DNA of 64,000 bases from NCBI GenBank assembly GCA_013239625.1, contig MU054662.1, positions 13,753,798 to 13,817,797 of the forward strand, read 5' to 3'. The stretch's first letter is position 1. The number at the start of each line of letters is the position of its first letter. Below the pieces are notes generated by a model. The model was not told the DNA's origin, ran no database searches, and saw nothing but the letters and a program-made list of their open reading frames with translations. Origin of the DNA: Lama guanicoe. Lineage: Eukaryota. Positions 25,020-37,149 of the stretch are shown one piece after another. Both the position numbers and the translations under genes were made by a program.

Positions 25020-26400
25020 AATTAATTGCACAAATATTTACTGAGTACCTGCTGTATGTGGGCACTGGGGATAGCATTCAGCCCGGATGAAGCCTTGTTC
25101 TCTTGGAGCCTACTTTTCAGTGGGATGAAGCAGCTAATTCAAAGATAAATAACCCAGCAAGACCTTCTCAGACAGCAACGCCTCCCGCAGGAGAATAAAA
25201 TCGGCTGGTGGGGAAGGCGGTGCTCAGCAAGAGGGCACGGACCCGGGCTGGTTCATCATGGGGACGGCGCATGTCCACGGACCCCCAGCGACACCCAGGC
25301 TCCAGGCTGTAGAGTCGGGGTGCAGGGAGCAGAGGGCAGAGCAGGGACAGCCCTGGGAGGGGCACAGGTATGAGTAAGAGGCAGCGGCCAGGGTGACGGC
25401 AGCCCAGCGAGGAGGGGAGGGCCGCACGAGGCTGGTCTGAGGCAGGACAGCACACTGCTCGCCAGACGTCACCTAAAGCATGACTGCAAGGAGACAGGGA
25501 CTTCACGTCAGAGGGCGACGTGATTCCATTACCAACAGGACTTTCTAGCTGCTGAGTGCAGAATGGACGGTGGACCAGCAGGAGCGGAGACACAGGGTAG
25601 GAAGCCGTTTCAAGAACATGAAAATGAATGTGTGTCTGTTCACGTATGGCTGACGCGTTGTGCTGCACACCAGAGATGGACCCAGCATTGCGGGCGGACT
25701 ACACTTCAGTAAAAATACACAAATACAAAAGGGTCCAGGCGGTCCTGGCAGGCGGGTCGGGACTGCAGCAGTGGGGATGGGTCTGGACATTTTGGGGAGA
25801 AGCCCCAAGAGGACTTTGCACTGGACGGGACGTGGCAGAGGAGGGTACCTTTTTAAAGGAGGAGTTAAAGGCAGCTGTGGGAGTTTGGCTTTAAGCAGCA
25901 CGGCAATGCCCCCTGATGGGGGAGAAGGCCTTCGGGAGGGCGGACTCGGGTCGAGGTCAGACAGCAAGGGTTCTGTTTTGAATATAAGTCTGAGGTGAGC
26001 TAGACAGACACGTGAGTCAGGCGTGGCGGGTCAGGTGGACACGCGCACTCTTCCGGGCTGTGTTTGGACCGTGTTACCACGTGGGTGGCATTTACAGCTG
26101 TGGGCACAAAGGGGCTTCCCCGTGGACAGTACGCAGACACACAGGGACAGCAGCGGAGGGCAAGGGCGCAAAGGGAGAAGTCGAGGCAGATCTGAGGCCC
26201 AGGTTTCCGGCCTGGTCAAGGGGTCAGACGGCGAAGTCACCAAAGAGCAGGTGGAGGAGGAGAAGCAGATGTGGAAGGAAACTGACACCTTCGGACTTAC
26301 AGACACGGAGGTCAGGCTGCCCTGGACAAACGCAGGTGGAGACGTCCAGCGGACGGTTCCAAATGGGTCAGGAGACAACGTGCTGAAACAATAATGGACT
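25020..26400 (-). mobile_element. L2 LINE fragments
   Basis: caaatatttactgagtacctgctgtatgtgggcactgggg (reverse-complement L2 tail); tgaggcccaggtttccggcctgg; aggtggagacgtccagcggacggtt. Confidence 0.7.
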
Positions 26401-28634
26401 AAACAATCAGCCTGCAAAGCAGCGCAGACCAGTGTCGACGTCCAGGCGCGTCGAAGCACAGCCAGAAGGGACTCAAATCCAGGAAGGGAGCCTCCACTGA
26501 GGTCGCCAGGCCCTGGCGGGGAGCCGGTACGACCTCAAGACAACTCATACCTAAGGAATGAAACAGCAGGCGGCGTGGCTGGGGGGCGGGACCACGGGAA
26601 GCAGCCCGAACACGCCAGCCGGTCGGGAGGCCGCAGGCCCAGGAGGGGGACGAGCTCCAGGAGGGGGGCTGCCGCGCACGGGGAAGACTCCAGTGCAGGA
26701 GTCAGAACTGGAGGACGGGGGGAGCCGACACCCGGGGCGAGAGTTCTCTTTGTTCACGGAAACGGACGCTGACTTACAGCCAGCTGGCCAGCAAACGGGG
26801 CTGCAGAGAGAGTGCCTGAGCCCCTCTTCTGTGCGACAGGAGCGGACGCAGCCGTGGGGGACGGGGCTGACTTGTGAGGACGGCCAGCCAGCCGGGACCG
26901 TGGAGAGCCGGAGGTCGTCCGTGGCACCGGCTAAGCTAAGACGGGGTTTCCAGGGAACAGAGTGGAACACGGAGCTGCTTCGCTGCAGAGTCCGCCGGAC
27001 TCCCGCCCCTGCCGTGTGCGGGGCTCAGCGGTGGAGCCCGGGGAGGGGCACCTGCTCGCCCTGCGGCCATTACCCTGCTCTTCCATCATCTCCCGGGTTT
27101 GCTCCTTTACGCTCTTTCTAGCCACTTTCCCAAAAGCCTTTTATCTTGCCGTCCCTAATACCTATCATTTACTTCAATTTGCTCCCCCGTCAGAAAGTCC
27201 CCTCGGCGACCCCAAAGGTGGGGCCCTCACACACCCGCGGATGCCGGAATAACCTGTCCCTTGCGGTATTTTTAGCTTTTCAAACCTCATGCTTTTCATT
27301 TTGCAGAGGATGCCAAGGGGATGAGGGAAAAGCTGCAGCAAGGAGGGAAAATCAATATCCCGCAGGAAGCCACACGCTCCCACTGTTTGCTCTTGTGTCA
27401 GACGCCAGGTTGTGGAGGGACATTTTTGCAAAGTCTGAGACGGCTCCTCTTCTCCCGAACACTTAGTGCAGAATGCTTCCGAAGGTCTGGTCTCCCGGGA
27501 GAAAGGTCAAAACTTCAGAAGTGCGCTTTACAACTCGAAAGACGGCAGAGACACAGCAAAGGTGGGGGATCATGGAGAACCTTGGTTCTCTCCCCCTCTA
27601 GGAACCACCTCAGGGAGAGAAGGGGCGAAGGAGGCACAGCCCTGAGGAGACGGCCGGGCGAGAATCTAGTTGCTACAAGTGTTCTTGGCTTATTTTATCG
27701 TTCCTGGAGAAATTCACGGAAATCGATTTAATGCTGGTCTGCTCCTTCTGCAAAATGTGAATCCTGGGCCCCATTTGAATGCGTGGCATCAGCTCCCATG
27801 TGGAAATAGCGTATACAGGCAGACGCTTTGAACGCCAATGGAAGATCACCTCTCCCTTGATTTAAAACATCTTTTAAATTACTTTCGAAACTCCACTCTG
27901 CTAGAGTTGACTTTGAAGACAGACTCGTGCGCTCAGCAGTGCAGTGCCAGGCGGCCACCCCGCCATCCGTGAAGAGCCCGGGGACACAGTGTGCCGAGGA
28001 CGACAGTCACCAAGCACAGAGATCGTGGACCAGTGCAAAAATACGGAGTTACTTACTGCACAACACGCCCGGTGCTAGATGTGAGTAACACGAGACACCA
28101 GGGGGCGCTTAGAAGCAGCCCGTGAGAGACGCATGAGGGTTAAGAAAGCCTCGTGGAGGCAGCGACCTCTCCTTGAGACCTGAAGGGTGCACAGGAAGTA
28201 AACAGCTCCAGTGAGGGCAGACAGATTCATTTCGGCAGAAGGAGCCATGTGGGGAAAGGCTCCCGGCGAGGGAGGAGGAAGGGAAAGGGCTCCGCACGGC
28301 CGGAGCCAAGACGCAGGGGGCGGGGACGTGGTCGATGGACGCGAGACCACACCAGACTTCTGACGCGGGCGTCGTGTAGGCCGTGGCGGCTACGTGTTGA
28401 CCTGGGGCAAGCGGTGGGAGTGGCTTTGTCTACCTTTCTGGCTTTGAAGTTTCTGGAGGCTAGCCAAGTGCTCTTATTTAAAGATGTGAGACTCTGAGAC
28501 ACAGAAGAAATATCTGTGCTAGAAATGAAACAATAACAGGTGGCCAGCGACCAACAAAACGACCACAGACGTGCCAGACCCCTACCGGAGGCAAGCGCTG
28601 TGCTAAATGTGTTGAGTACGTTATCTCATTTCAC

Positions 28635-28730
28635 TTTTTTTAACTGAAGTTAGGTTGATTTACCGTGCGGTTGTTCGTCTCTGGGGCAGAGCACGGTGAC
28701 TCGGTCACCCACACACACATCATTTCCTGT
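28635..28730 (-). mobile_element. Very short L1 3' tail fragment
   Basis: ttttttttaactgaagttaggttgatttaccgtg...gcacggtgactcggt resembles the antisense L1 terminus (TTGAAGTATAGTTGATTTACAATG...ACAGCATAGTGATTCAGT). Confidence 0.6.
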
Positions 28731-29339
28731 TACTGCCCGTGTGAGGTCGGTGCCACTTAGAAAGGAGACGATGACTCCTTTCATGTGTGCTCAAAAAAAT
28801 AGAAAAGCTTTATGTAACTGTGAATTCACTTACCAGAATTATTATCATTAGCAATCACGCATCTATAATCGGACGGTTATTTATTTGACAATATGTTTTG
28901 TGTCTGTATCTCCGCAAAATCCTTGCAGGCTGGGACTCAGAGGTATATAAACAGAAGTTCAGGAGTCAGTATATGGCACGTAGAAAGAACTCAAGAGGAA
29001 AAAAGAAGAACGAGGAGATAAAAAAGTGAACGCACATCCTCTCGGACACAGGAAGATTTCCAGAAGGAGCAGTAAGTGTCCCGTGCGCAATCTTTTTCGG
29101 ACAAAGGAATGTCACCGTGGTAAACAGGTTCTGAGGAAGCCACCAACTTCCAAAGCACATTGTCTTACAAATCACCCCCTCATTACAAAAATTCACAGTA
29201 ATTCAAAGAGGCTGCCACAGGGTGTGCAAGTTCTTAAAAGTCATCACAAGACACAGGCACTGACTTAGCTCTAGTCCTGTCCTGGTTTAAGAATCTCTAA
29301 GTTAAAAAAAAAAAACAGATTTTTTTCTTCTGTCACTAC

Positions 29340-29675
29340 CCAGCTTCCACGGCATTGTAACAGCCTAAAGACGCAGACGCTGAGTTTATGAGGCAAATAA
29401 TGGAGCTGACGGATGGGTCTGCACTCGGAGGGGTGGAATGAAGATTGGACCAGGGACGGCCAGGACCGGAGGGGCCCGCTCCCTTCCGTCCGCCCTGCAA
29501 GGAGCCCTGGTCAGCCGAGGCACTGCGACTTTGGCATAAATCAGGGGCAGGGACGATGAGTGTGGAGAAACGGCCTGGCAGCCACGGCGCTGCACCCATA
29601 AATCAGCGACTGATTCAATCCTGCGAGATGCCTCGTTTGATTAATTTATGTCAGCATTTTCTCTGCTGTCAGGCT
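29340..29675. promoter_or_regulatory. Candidate PBX-HOX/MEIS developmental enhancer
   Basis: Reverse-complement TGATTTATGC (29534-29543) and TGATTTATGG (29596-29605), TGATTAAT (29638-29645), TGTCA (29649-29653) and CTGTCA (29666-29671), all in non-repeat DNA. Confidence 0.5.
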
Positions 29676-30229
29676 CAGTCCCCAAGCCTCCCCCTTCCCT
29701 GGCGCAGAGAGGGGCCCCTCCCTACCACCAGGAAAGCAAGGAGGAAACGGGGCACCAGAGAAGATTCTAGAAGGACTCGCAGGACTCGCAGAGTCTCCCC
29801 CAGCGCAGCGAGGAGGGGACAAGGACAGGCTGTCACGGGGAAGCCAGGTTCCAGGTCGGATGACGCAGCCACTGTGCTCTCCCGGGACCACCCTTCTCTG
29901 CGCTTCACAGGGACAGAGGGGAACACGCCCGTCACCCCTGCGACAGCGACACGACGGCTTTCTTAGCAAAAGTAGAAAATGCATCCGTGCTTCATTCTCC
30001 TGATGCAAAAGGAATTGTGAGCATCACCCCTTGTAACAGCAGAGAACTAGAAACCACCCAGAGACCCAGCGACAGGAAAGCAATCGTGCCGCAGCAGCAG
30101 AGGAAATGCAGGCACCCACCAGCACAGAAAGCAATGCTCGTGTGCAAGAAATGCTCCCGGAGTGCTGCTCAGTGAAAACCACCCAGGGCTGAACAGCTGA
30201 ATTTGTGTGTGTTTCTGGGGGAGAAAAAG

Positions 30230-30713
30230 TATGTCTGTCTGTATTTTGGTCTCTATTATTTTAGTCTACCAAACTACGCTCTAAGTGTTTATGATAAATA
30301 CCTATTTCTCGTGCACTGGGAACAAGAACCGAAAGAGCCGTCTTAACAAAGACTACAGAGGGGGCACCACAGTCCCGGAGGGAGAACTGGGACCTGCCTG
30401 TCACAAGCTCGCGGGCGCCGTGAAGAGACCCTCGGTGTGCGGGACCAGCCTGGCAGCCGTAAGAGGAGGCCAGGCCGCGCTCGGGCGGGCCCGGGTCAGC
30501 GCGGGCAGGCGGAAGACGACCACAGCTTGGGTCGGGGGAAGCGGCAGCGGCCAGAAAGGAGGTGGCCGAGTGGAAGGGCCCGGCCCTTGCGGGGCCGCCC
30601 GGCCGCGTGCAGACGCGGCGCGTCAGTTTCGGGGCTGACGGCGAGCGGGTTCGCTCAAAGCCCGACGAGTCATCTCCGCTGCTGCTCACTTACGTCACCG
30701 TTATTACGAATGT
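30230..30713 (-). other. Putative 3' UTR of a composite (read-through) terminal exon, with variant poly(A) signals
   Basis: In-frame TGA at 30714-30716. Minus-strand CATAAA (30288-30293), AATAGA (30252-30257) and AATACA (30240-30245) are followed by a U/C-rich tract. There is no canonical AATAAA. Confidence 0.35.
30400..30700. promoter_or_regulatory. Small intragenic CpG-island-like tract
   Basis: Very dense CG dinucleotides (e.g. gcgcgctcgggcgggcccgggtcagcgcggg, gcggggccgcccggccgcgtgcagacgcggcgcg) just downstream of the microexon on the minus strand. Confidence 0.55.
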
Positions 30714-30728
30714 TCATACCTTACTTAC

Positions 30729-30740
30729 GTTGGTGTATAG
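30729..30740 (-). CDS. AGAP1: 12-nt neural-type microexon (LYTN in phase 0); 21-nt variant 30720-30740 (LYTNVSK); host gene tentatively AGAP1
   Basis: Minus strand reads ...ttttatttttttttccctctccttttgctacacttgtaaag|CTATACACCAAC|gtaagtaag|gtatga. It has a very long pyrimidine tract, an AG-free zone of about 50 nt, a UCUC element, UGC at -16..-14, a consensus GTAAGT donor and a frame-preserving length. The gene name is inferred from similarity of layout to the recalled AGAP3/CRAG junction (NIFT-ICAT-VSN...), not from a flanking exon in this window. Confidence 0.65.
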
Positions 30741-33700
30741 CTTTACAAGTGTAGCAAAAGGAGAGGGAAAAAAAATAAAAAAACAGAACAACTAGCTTTT
30801 CCATTACGGGCTGCAACCCATGACAGGCAGCATCTATCAAAAACACGGTCTCTCTGTTCACACATTTAATTAGGAAGCTTGGAATTGAAAGGGAAGGACA
30901 GGGAAGGATGACGCGCCCTGAAGGAAATCCTGTAACTCACTGACTGCGTGTGTGTGTGTGTATTTTAAGGGAGTCTGGAGTTAAAGTGTGTCTGGTACTC
31001 GGCACTGGGCTGACCAAGCCCCTCAGGACGGGGAGCAGGATGAGACGGACGCACCGAGAGCCCCAGCTCTGTCTTCCTTTGTAGGCGAAACCTGCGAACC
31101 TACGGGCCAGTGAGAATGCTCAGTGAATGAGACGAGCGTGTTGGGAGCCTGGTCCTTCGGTCGTTAAAGAAGTGCTGAATGAACCTAGAGAGGGGGCGAG
31201 CCACTGGCTGGAGACCATGGGGAACACCCCAGCTCTGGCCGTCCGTCACCAACACCACGAGGTTTACAGAAGTCCAGCTCGCCTGGGGTCTCCGGGGGCG
31301 GGGTCCCGGAGTCCACACTTCCAAGGGGTTCCCACACGGCCCGGCACACGGGGCCACTCTGGCTGCCCACCTCCCGGGGGCCTGGCGGGAGGAGGCAGCG
31401 GGTCTTACCAACGAGAAGCTCTGAAATCGCCCTCCTCCCAAGGCACTGATTCTGCTCTCCAGGGTCTTCCATCCTGTGTTTGACACCTTGGGACGTCCAA
31501 GACGAAATGTGCCCCCCCAGTGCTAAATAACTGCCCTGCTCTCTGCGGACGACGCGCCCTCAGGGGCTCACGGAGGAAAACCCAGGGAACAGGAGAAAGG
31601 TCTTCCTTTGCAAGACGGGACTCTTCTGAGGGCTGGCGGATCTCTCAGGGCTGAAATCCGCGCTGAGGAGGGCCCAGGAGATCAGCCATTCCCATGATGT
31701 CTCGCTTCTGGTGAGACACAAACACCTCACCCTCTTTAAAATGTAAAGAAAAAGTGCAGCAACGTAATTTGCGTGGTTATCGAAGCCGAGCAGATCTCTT
31801 GCTCTTTGCCGATACCAACCGGGGCTCCCTGACCGCCAGCCGTGCCCTCCAAGGATGAAAGAGCAGGAAGGAGGGAAGAGGGACCCTTTAGCTAAAGAAG
31901 GCGGCCAAGGGAACGCTCAGCGCGGCCCGTCCCATCTCTGAGGAGGTACCAGGAACCCCCAGCAAGAGATGCAGGTGCTGGGAGTTTCCCAGCAAAGCCA
32001 CGTGTCAGGAAGTGAGGGGTTCAGAGCCAAGATGCCAAAGGGCAGCCCGCTTTCAAGGAAAGCAAAGTGAAACGGGAAACCAAGGTCCTGGTTAAGTGGT
32101 GCGCAGCGCCGCGGCCAGTGAGGGTTCCCGTTACAGGGATCGAGGAGGAACCGAAGCAAAAGACTGTGGGGGGGGCGGGGGACACTGAGAGCTGTCACAG
32201 ACCCCTGTCCTCGCAAAGCACAAAGAAACCCTTTCCTCCTGGAGAACCACAGGGGAGACCACCACCAACTCAATTAGCCGGTCTAGCCCACGACCCGCCG
32301 ACGCGAGGGCCCGAGTGTGCCAAGGAAACTGAAAAGGTGCTAATCTCGGCGAGCCCGTCACACGAGGGGGCTGGCAAAGAGGCCATGTGGTGCCATCCTG
32401 AGCGCAAATAAAACCTCGTTATGAGACCTTCCTGTGGGGCCACAGCTCCGATTATAGGTGTGTCTACCGAAAAGGAAACCGCACGAACCCCAGCCTCATG
32501 GGACTCCCGGGCAGCACGGAACTCTGAGAATAAAATCAGTGTTGAGCGAAAGCCGCTTGAACTCTGCCAAAAGCAAACAGGAGTGCTCTCTTGCTGCGCA
32601 GTTTCTGCTGGGGAGAGCAGAGGGAGAACTCTTAATCATCCCACACTGTGCCCTAAATCCAGTCTCCTTCTGCAGAGTCACATCTCACCATCTAGGAAAA
32701 CGTCTCCTCCACAAGGAGGGTCCGCAGACCTGCAGAATTTCCTGAAGAAAAAACAGCCTGGCTGATGGCAGCTGAGAAATAAGACGCTCGTGTTACTGCA
32801 TCACAGTCTCATGACTGCAAAATAGCTTCTTCCCCCAGATACTGTGAGATAAGTACCACCTCCTTAAAAAAAATCACTGCACAGCCTCACTCTTCCATTC
32901 ACTGATTAAAGACCTACTAACCTGAAAAAATCCTACCCTAGTTTTTTGGGAACGTGTCATACAGGAGACCACGGTGATGTTATTTTAAGAGATACAAAGA
33001 ATCATACGGCTTGAACTTTTGCCTTCAAGGTGCTTATAATCCACGTGGAGATACCAGACAGACATTCAAAACATGACGAGAGGTAAAAGGTGGTGTCTGA
33101 GTTAGTGCCAGAATGAGCTACAACGCTTATGAACCTCAGAGAAACCCATCCCCCGAAGAGACAGTGAGCGCGTGCAGACTCCCCAGGGCCGCAGGGCACG
33201 CCTGCACGTCCACACTCTGAACACGCAGCTTGGTTTCCGAAGACGCTCGAGTCCACACGTGGAGACACGCCTCCCTGGCGGTCACCAGGGCCCCACTTAT
33301 TTGTGCAACACAAACCACGGCCGTGTTTGACACCATCCAGCCCCGTCGTCCAGCGCAGCAGAGGAGGTCCGAGACGGAACAAGCGAGGGGGGAGGCAGGT
33401 CTCAGCCAGCAACCCGAGTCCTGGAGCAGAAGGAAGGGGGTTCAAATGACGGATGCTTCAGGCCAGGAGCAGCCGGCGTCTGTGGTCTGAGCTTCACTCA
33501 CCAGTCTGTTTCCTCGCTTCTCCAGCCTTCATCAAGTGCCCAGACACCACGAGAGGGCAAGGCGTGACGATCACGTGCAAAGGGGCTGGCTTCTTACGGA
33601 GGTCGGATGAGGCCTCCGCGGCGAGGTGGCCCTCGGGCTCCCGGGCCTGAAGGATGAGGGGCTGTGCCTGAGACGCAGTCTGGGAGGCGGGCGGAGGGGC

Positions 33701-35204
33701 AGCTGCAGGGGAGAGGGCTTCCCGCGAGGAGGGGGCAGGAGAGCCAAGACAAGCTGGTCTGAGTGGCGAGCAGGGCGGGGCAGCTGCGTCCGGCGGCGCA
33801 GACAGAGGGGCGCTCCGCGGGCCCGCCGCTCCGTGCGCGTGAAGCCACGTCCGCAGAGCTGTCAAACCCAGGCCCATTAAGTGAGCGTCTCCTTAAAGTA
33901 ATTAAGACAGGGAACAGCACTTCAGTTCAGTGGGACAGTAGGGCTTTGTTACCGAGCAGGCAGCTATTCACAGAAGACACCGATCGCACGTGATTAAGTC
34001 TCACCAGGTCTGTCCTCAAGCACCCTCGTTTAATGTGGAGCGATGACGCGCTCCAGGATGGGTGGGCGTCTTTGCCCAGGCAGCTGACAAGCGGGGAGCT
34101 GTTCCCACGGCGCATTTCCACCTCATTCTAAGCGCTTCCTTCCCAAGTCTGGATTCCTTCGCTCCCCGGGGCCCTGCGTGCAGGGTAAGCCGACTTCGCC
34201 TTTGGAAATTTTGTTTGGTGACCAGCTTGGTTTTCCCCCCTAATGTTGACGCTAACGGGTTTCATTGCAGAACATTTCTGGAAACATCTACAAAGCCAGC
34301 ACTACAGAGCTTTCAAACCTCACACTCGGAAGTCTTGGGTGCAGAGACGCCAAGGTAAGAACTGCAACGCGGTAATGACAAACTCCGCACCTCTCGGCGA
34401 GGCGGCACCAGCCAGCGCTCCCTAGATGAGGCCCACGGCAGCTGAAGAAAGACGCGAACCGACACCCATAATCAGAGCCCCTCCAACTGCGTTAGGACAA
34501 TCGCGGTCCAGGCCCATTCGTGTTTGTATAAGATTGTCTGGTTTCCCACACTAAAAGGTCTTTTATGACCAACCACCAACACCGTAACAGCAGTGCTAAG
34601 TGAGAAGAAAAGCCACTGAAATTAATCCAGCTTTCTGCCTGCATTTCCCCGTGCCAGCAGGGCCTCTCAGAGCGGCTGCGGGCTTCAGCCAGCCCCAGGG
34701 AGGGCAGACACTCCACGACGGACCCCGGGGGAGGAGACACTGGTCGCACAGTGGGATGTGGAGGGCGGGAGGAATTAGAGACACCTGCGCCCAGAGAACA
34801 GTCCAGAGGCTAAATCCACCGAGAAAACTCAAGGGGAAGGGGGGGCAGAGAACGGGTAGGGGTGAGGAGCAGGGCAGACTGTGCACTCCGGTTCTCTGGC
34901 CCCACGACGACTTTATTCCAGAATCACCACCACGAGGAGAGAAGACGGTCTTAACTCCCGCTCCGCAGACGTAGCGGCTCAAACACAGACAGCTTATGAT
35001 CCCATAAAGTGCATGAATAGTGATTCTTGAATTAAATTCGCAGCAGACACACACGAGTACTGTTTTCCCAAGCAGTCACTTTGAGGACACGCATCCTCAT
35101 TACAGTGACGACGTGACCACAGCTGTGGGCTTTCACAACAAGGCAGGCAGCGTGGCTGGCACAGTGCGGGGGGCAGGGAAGGCGGTCAGAGGGACCCGAT
35201 GGCA

Positions 35205-35302
35205 GTGGTGATGGTGGTGTGTTTATGTGCGTGTGGTGGGGAAGCATGTGTGTGTGAGTGAGTGTGTGGTGGGCAGATGTGTGTATGTGTGTGTGTTTGT
35301 GT
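35205..35302. repeat. Degenerate (TG)n low-complexity tract
   Basis: gtggtgtgtttatgtgcgtgtgg...gtgtgtatgtgtgtgtgtttgtgt. Confidence 0.8.
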
Positions 35303-37149
35303 GGCAGGGAGGAGATTACAGATGATGCAGACAGAGCCCGGGAGGATCTGGGCCCTCAGGCAGCGCAGCCTCTGAGCGGAGGACAGACACAATCTGACTT
35401 GCACTGTCCGGGGCTCTGTCTTGAGAACAGACCCCAGGGAGCAGGGAGGCTGGTCAGGAAGTAACCGTGGTCCCTGGGCTGGCAGGTGGCGGTGCAGGTG
35501 AGGAGTGGAGGTGATGCCACACTCAGACATGTACCTAAGGCCACATCCACACACTGTGGCTCATGGTCTCACTGGAAACACACTCCCCTCACCCACCCCT
35601 GTCGGGTGCAGTTTTTGCCAAGGCCACCTCTCCTGGGGTGTCCAGCAGGAATTCCAGAGGGAGGTCCTGGGTGGGTCACAGCCAACTTCAGAAACAGCTC
35701 TGCAGGATGTTCGCTTCAGCCCTGATCTTCTCCACGGAGAGTTCCCGCTGTCAGACGCTGCCTGCCCCAAGCTGAGATGCCCAGCCAGTCTCATGCTTGC
35801 CTGATCGGGCGAGTTTCCCCTGCTCACTTCTCCCCCAAACCACCCTCCCTTTCTGCTCCACGAAGAGAGGGGCAGACGCCAAGTGCACCAGAGCTAAGAG
35901 AGGCTGGGCCTTCCACTCTCAAAAGGCGGACTGTCACCTGTGCCACAGCGCCTGCCACAGCTGCTGCAGGGAGGAGGTCTGAACGGCGCCTCCTTCCCCA
36001 GGGCTAGGTCTGCCATCATGTGCACACCGTGCACAGTGTGTGTGCCGCGATGTCTCTCACTTCCCGTGACCTCTGCAATACCCCTGGGAAGTGTGTTGTG
36101 CTGATGGAACTGTCCCAGGGTTTAATATTTTTTCCAACTTATAGAGGAACAGGAGATGAACAGAGTGAAATAAACCACTCAGATCACACAGCGGACGAGT
36201 GGCGGAGCCAGGACACAGTTCTGAGACGCTCTGCTCCTGGAACACAGCATTCCAGAGCCCTGAGTCAGCTCTGGGGACAACAGAAAACAGGTGTCTGTCC
36301 CAGCTGAAGCTCCAAGGATTTCCCACCGAGTGTCCAACCTCTAAAACTTACGACCCTTTTATTCTCAGGAGCAAATGACACCAGTCACCGGAGAGAAGCT
36401 TTCTTTCTGGTCAAGAAACAAAGAACGGAGTCACCTCCCCAGAAGCTGGACCACAGCTCCCACCAGGAACGGGCTCAGTCCTCACCCACGTGCCCTCACG
36501 CACCACAGGGCTCCTGGGAGCCTCGTCCACCCCCGGGAGCAAACGTTAGGACCCTGTCTTTGGGCAAGTCTCTCTTTACCATTGACGCGGTCTCGAAAGT
36601 CAACGGCCAGGATAAGACAATCCATCACTTAGTCTGAGGAGCAGTGGGAAAGGGCCTCATGCCCGCCCTGCTGTTCTCAAGCCCACGGCTTTCCTGCTGC
36701 CACAAGTTTCGCTCAAAAAGGGGGAAAAATAAGGGAGGAAATGTTTATTTCTTCTTCCATAGAAAATAGAAGATTGGATTAAAAATCATTTACGATGTGT
36801 CTGATGTGAAAGATAAAAGGAAATTATCACAGGTGCAGGGGACAGAATATTGGTTCACAATGAGAAAACGTTTTCTAAAATAAGGAATATTGTGCACCCA
36901 GAGTTTGGGAAGGAAATTTAGTAACTGGGAAGTAATGAGAATCTTCTCTTTTACTTCCTGTTTCTGACAGTAGGGACTTGTCTTCCCCCAGATGACAGAG
37001 GGGCCGTCCCTAATGTGTCCCCGTTCGTGAGGCTGTGACATACTGTGCCGACCCCGAACACACGGCCTTCCCGTCCCTCGCTCCTCACCGGGCTGCCGCC
37101 GCCCTCGGACCCTAGGAGAGCCGCCTTCACAAGGGACTTGTGCCCAGAG

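Noticed and set aside
28929-29071. Plus-strand exon-like segment (ttgcag...gca|gtaagt)
   Set aside because: Stops in the two frames I translated, no known product, and opposite to the strand of the well-supported microexon.
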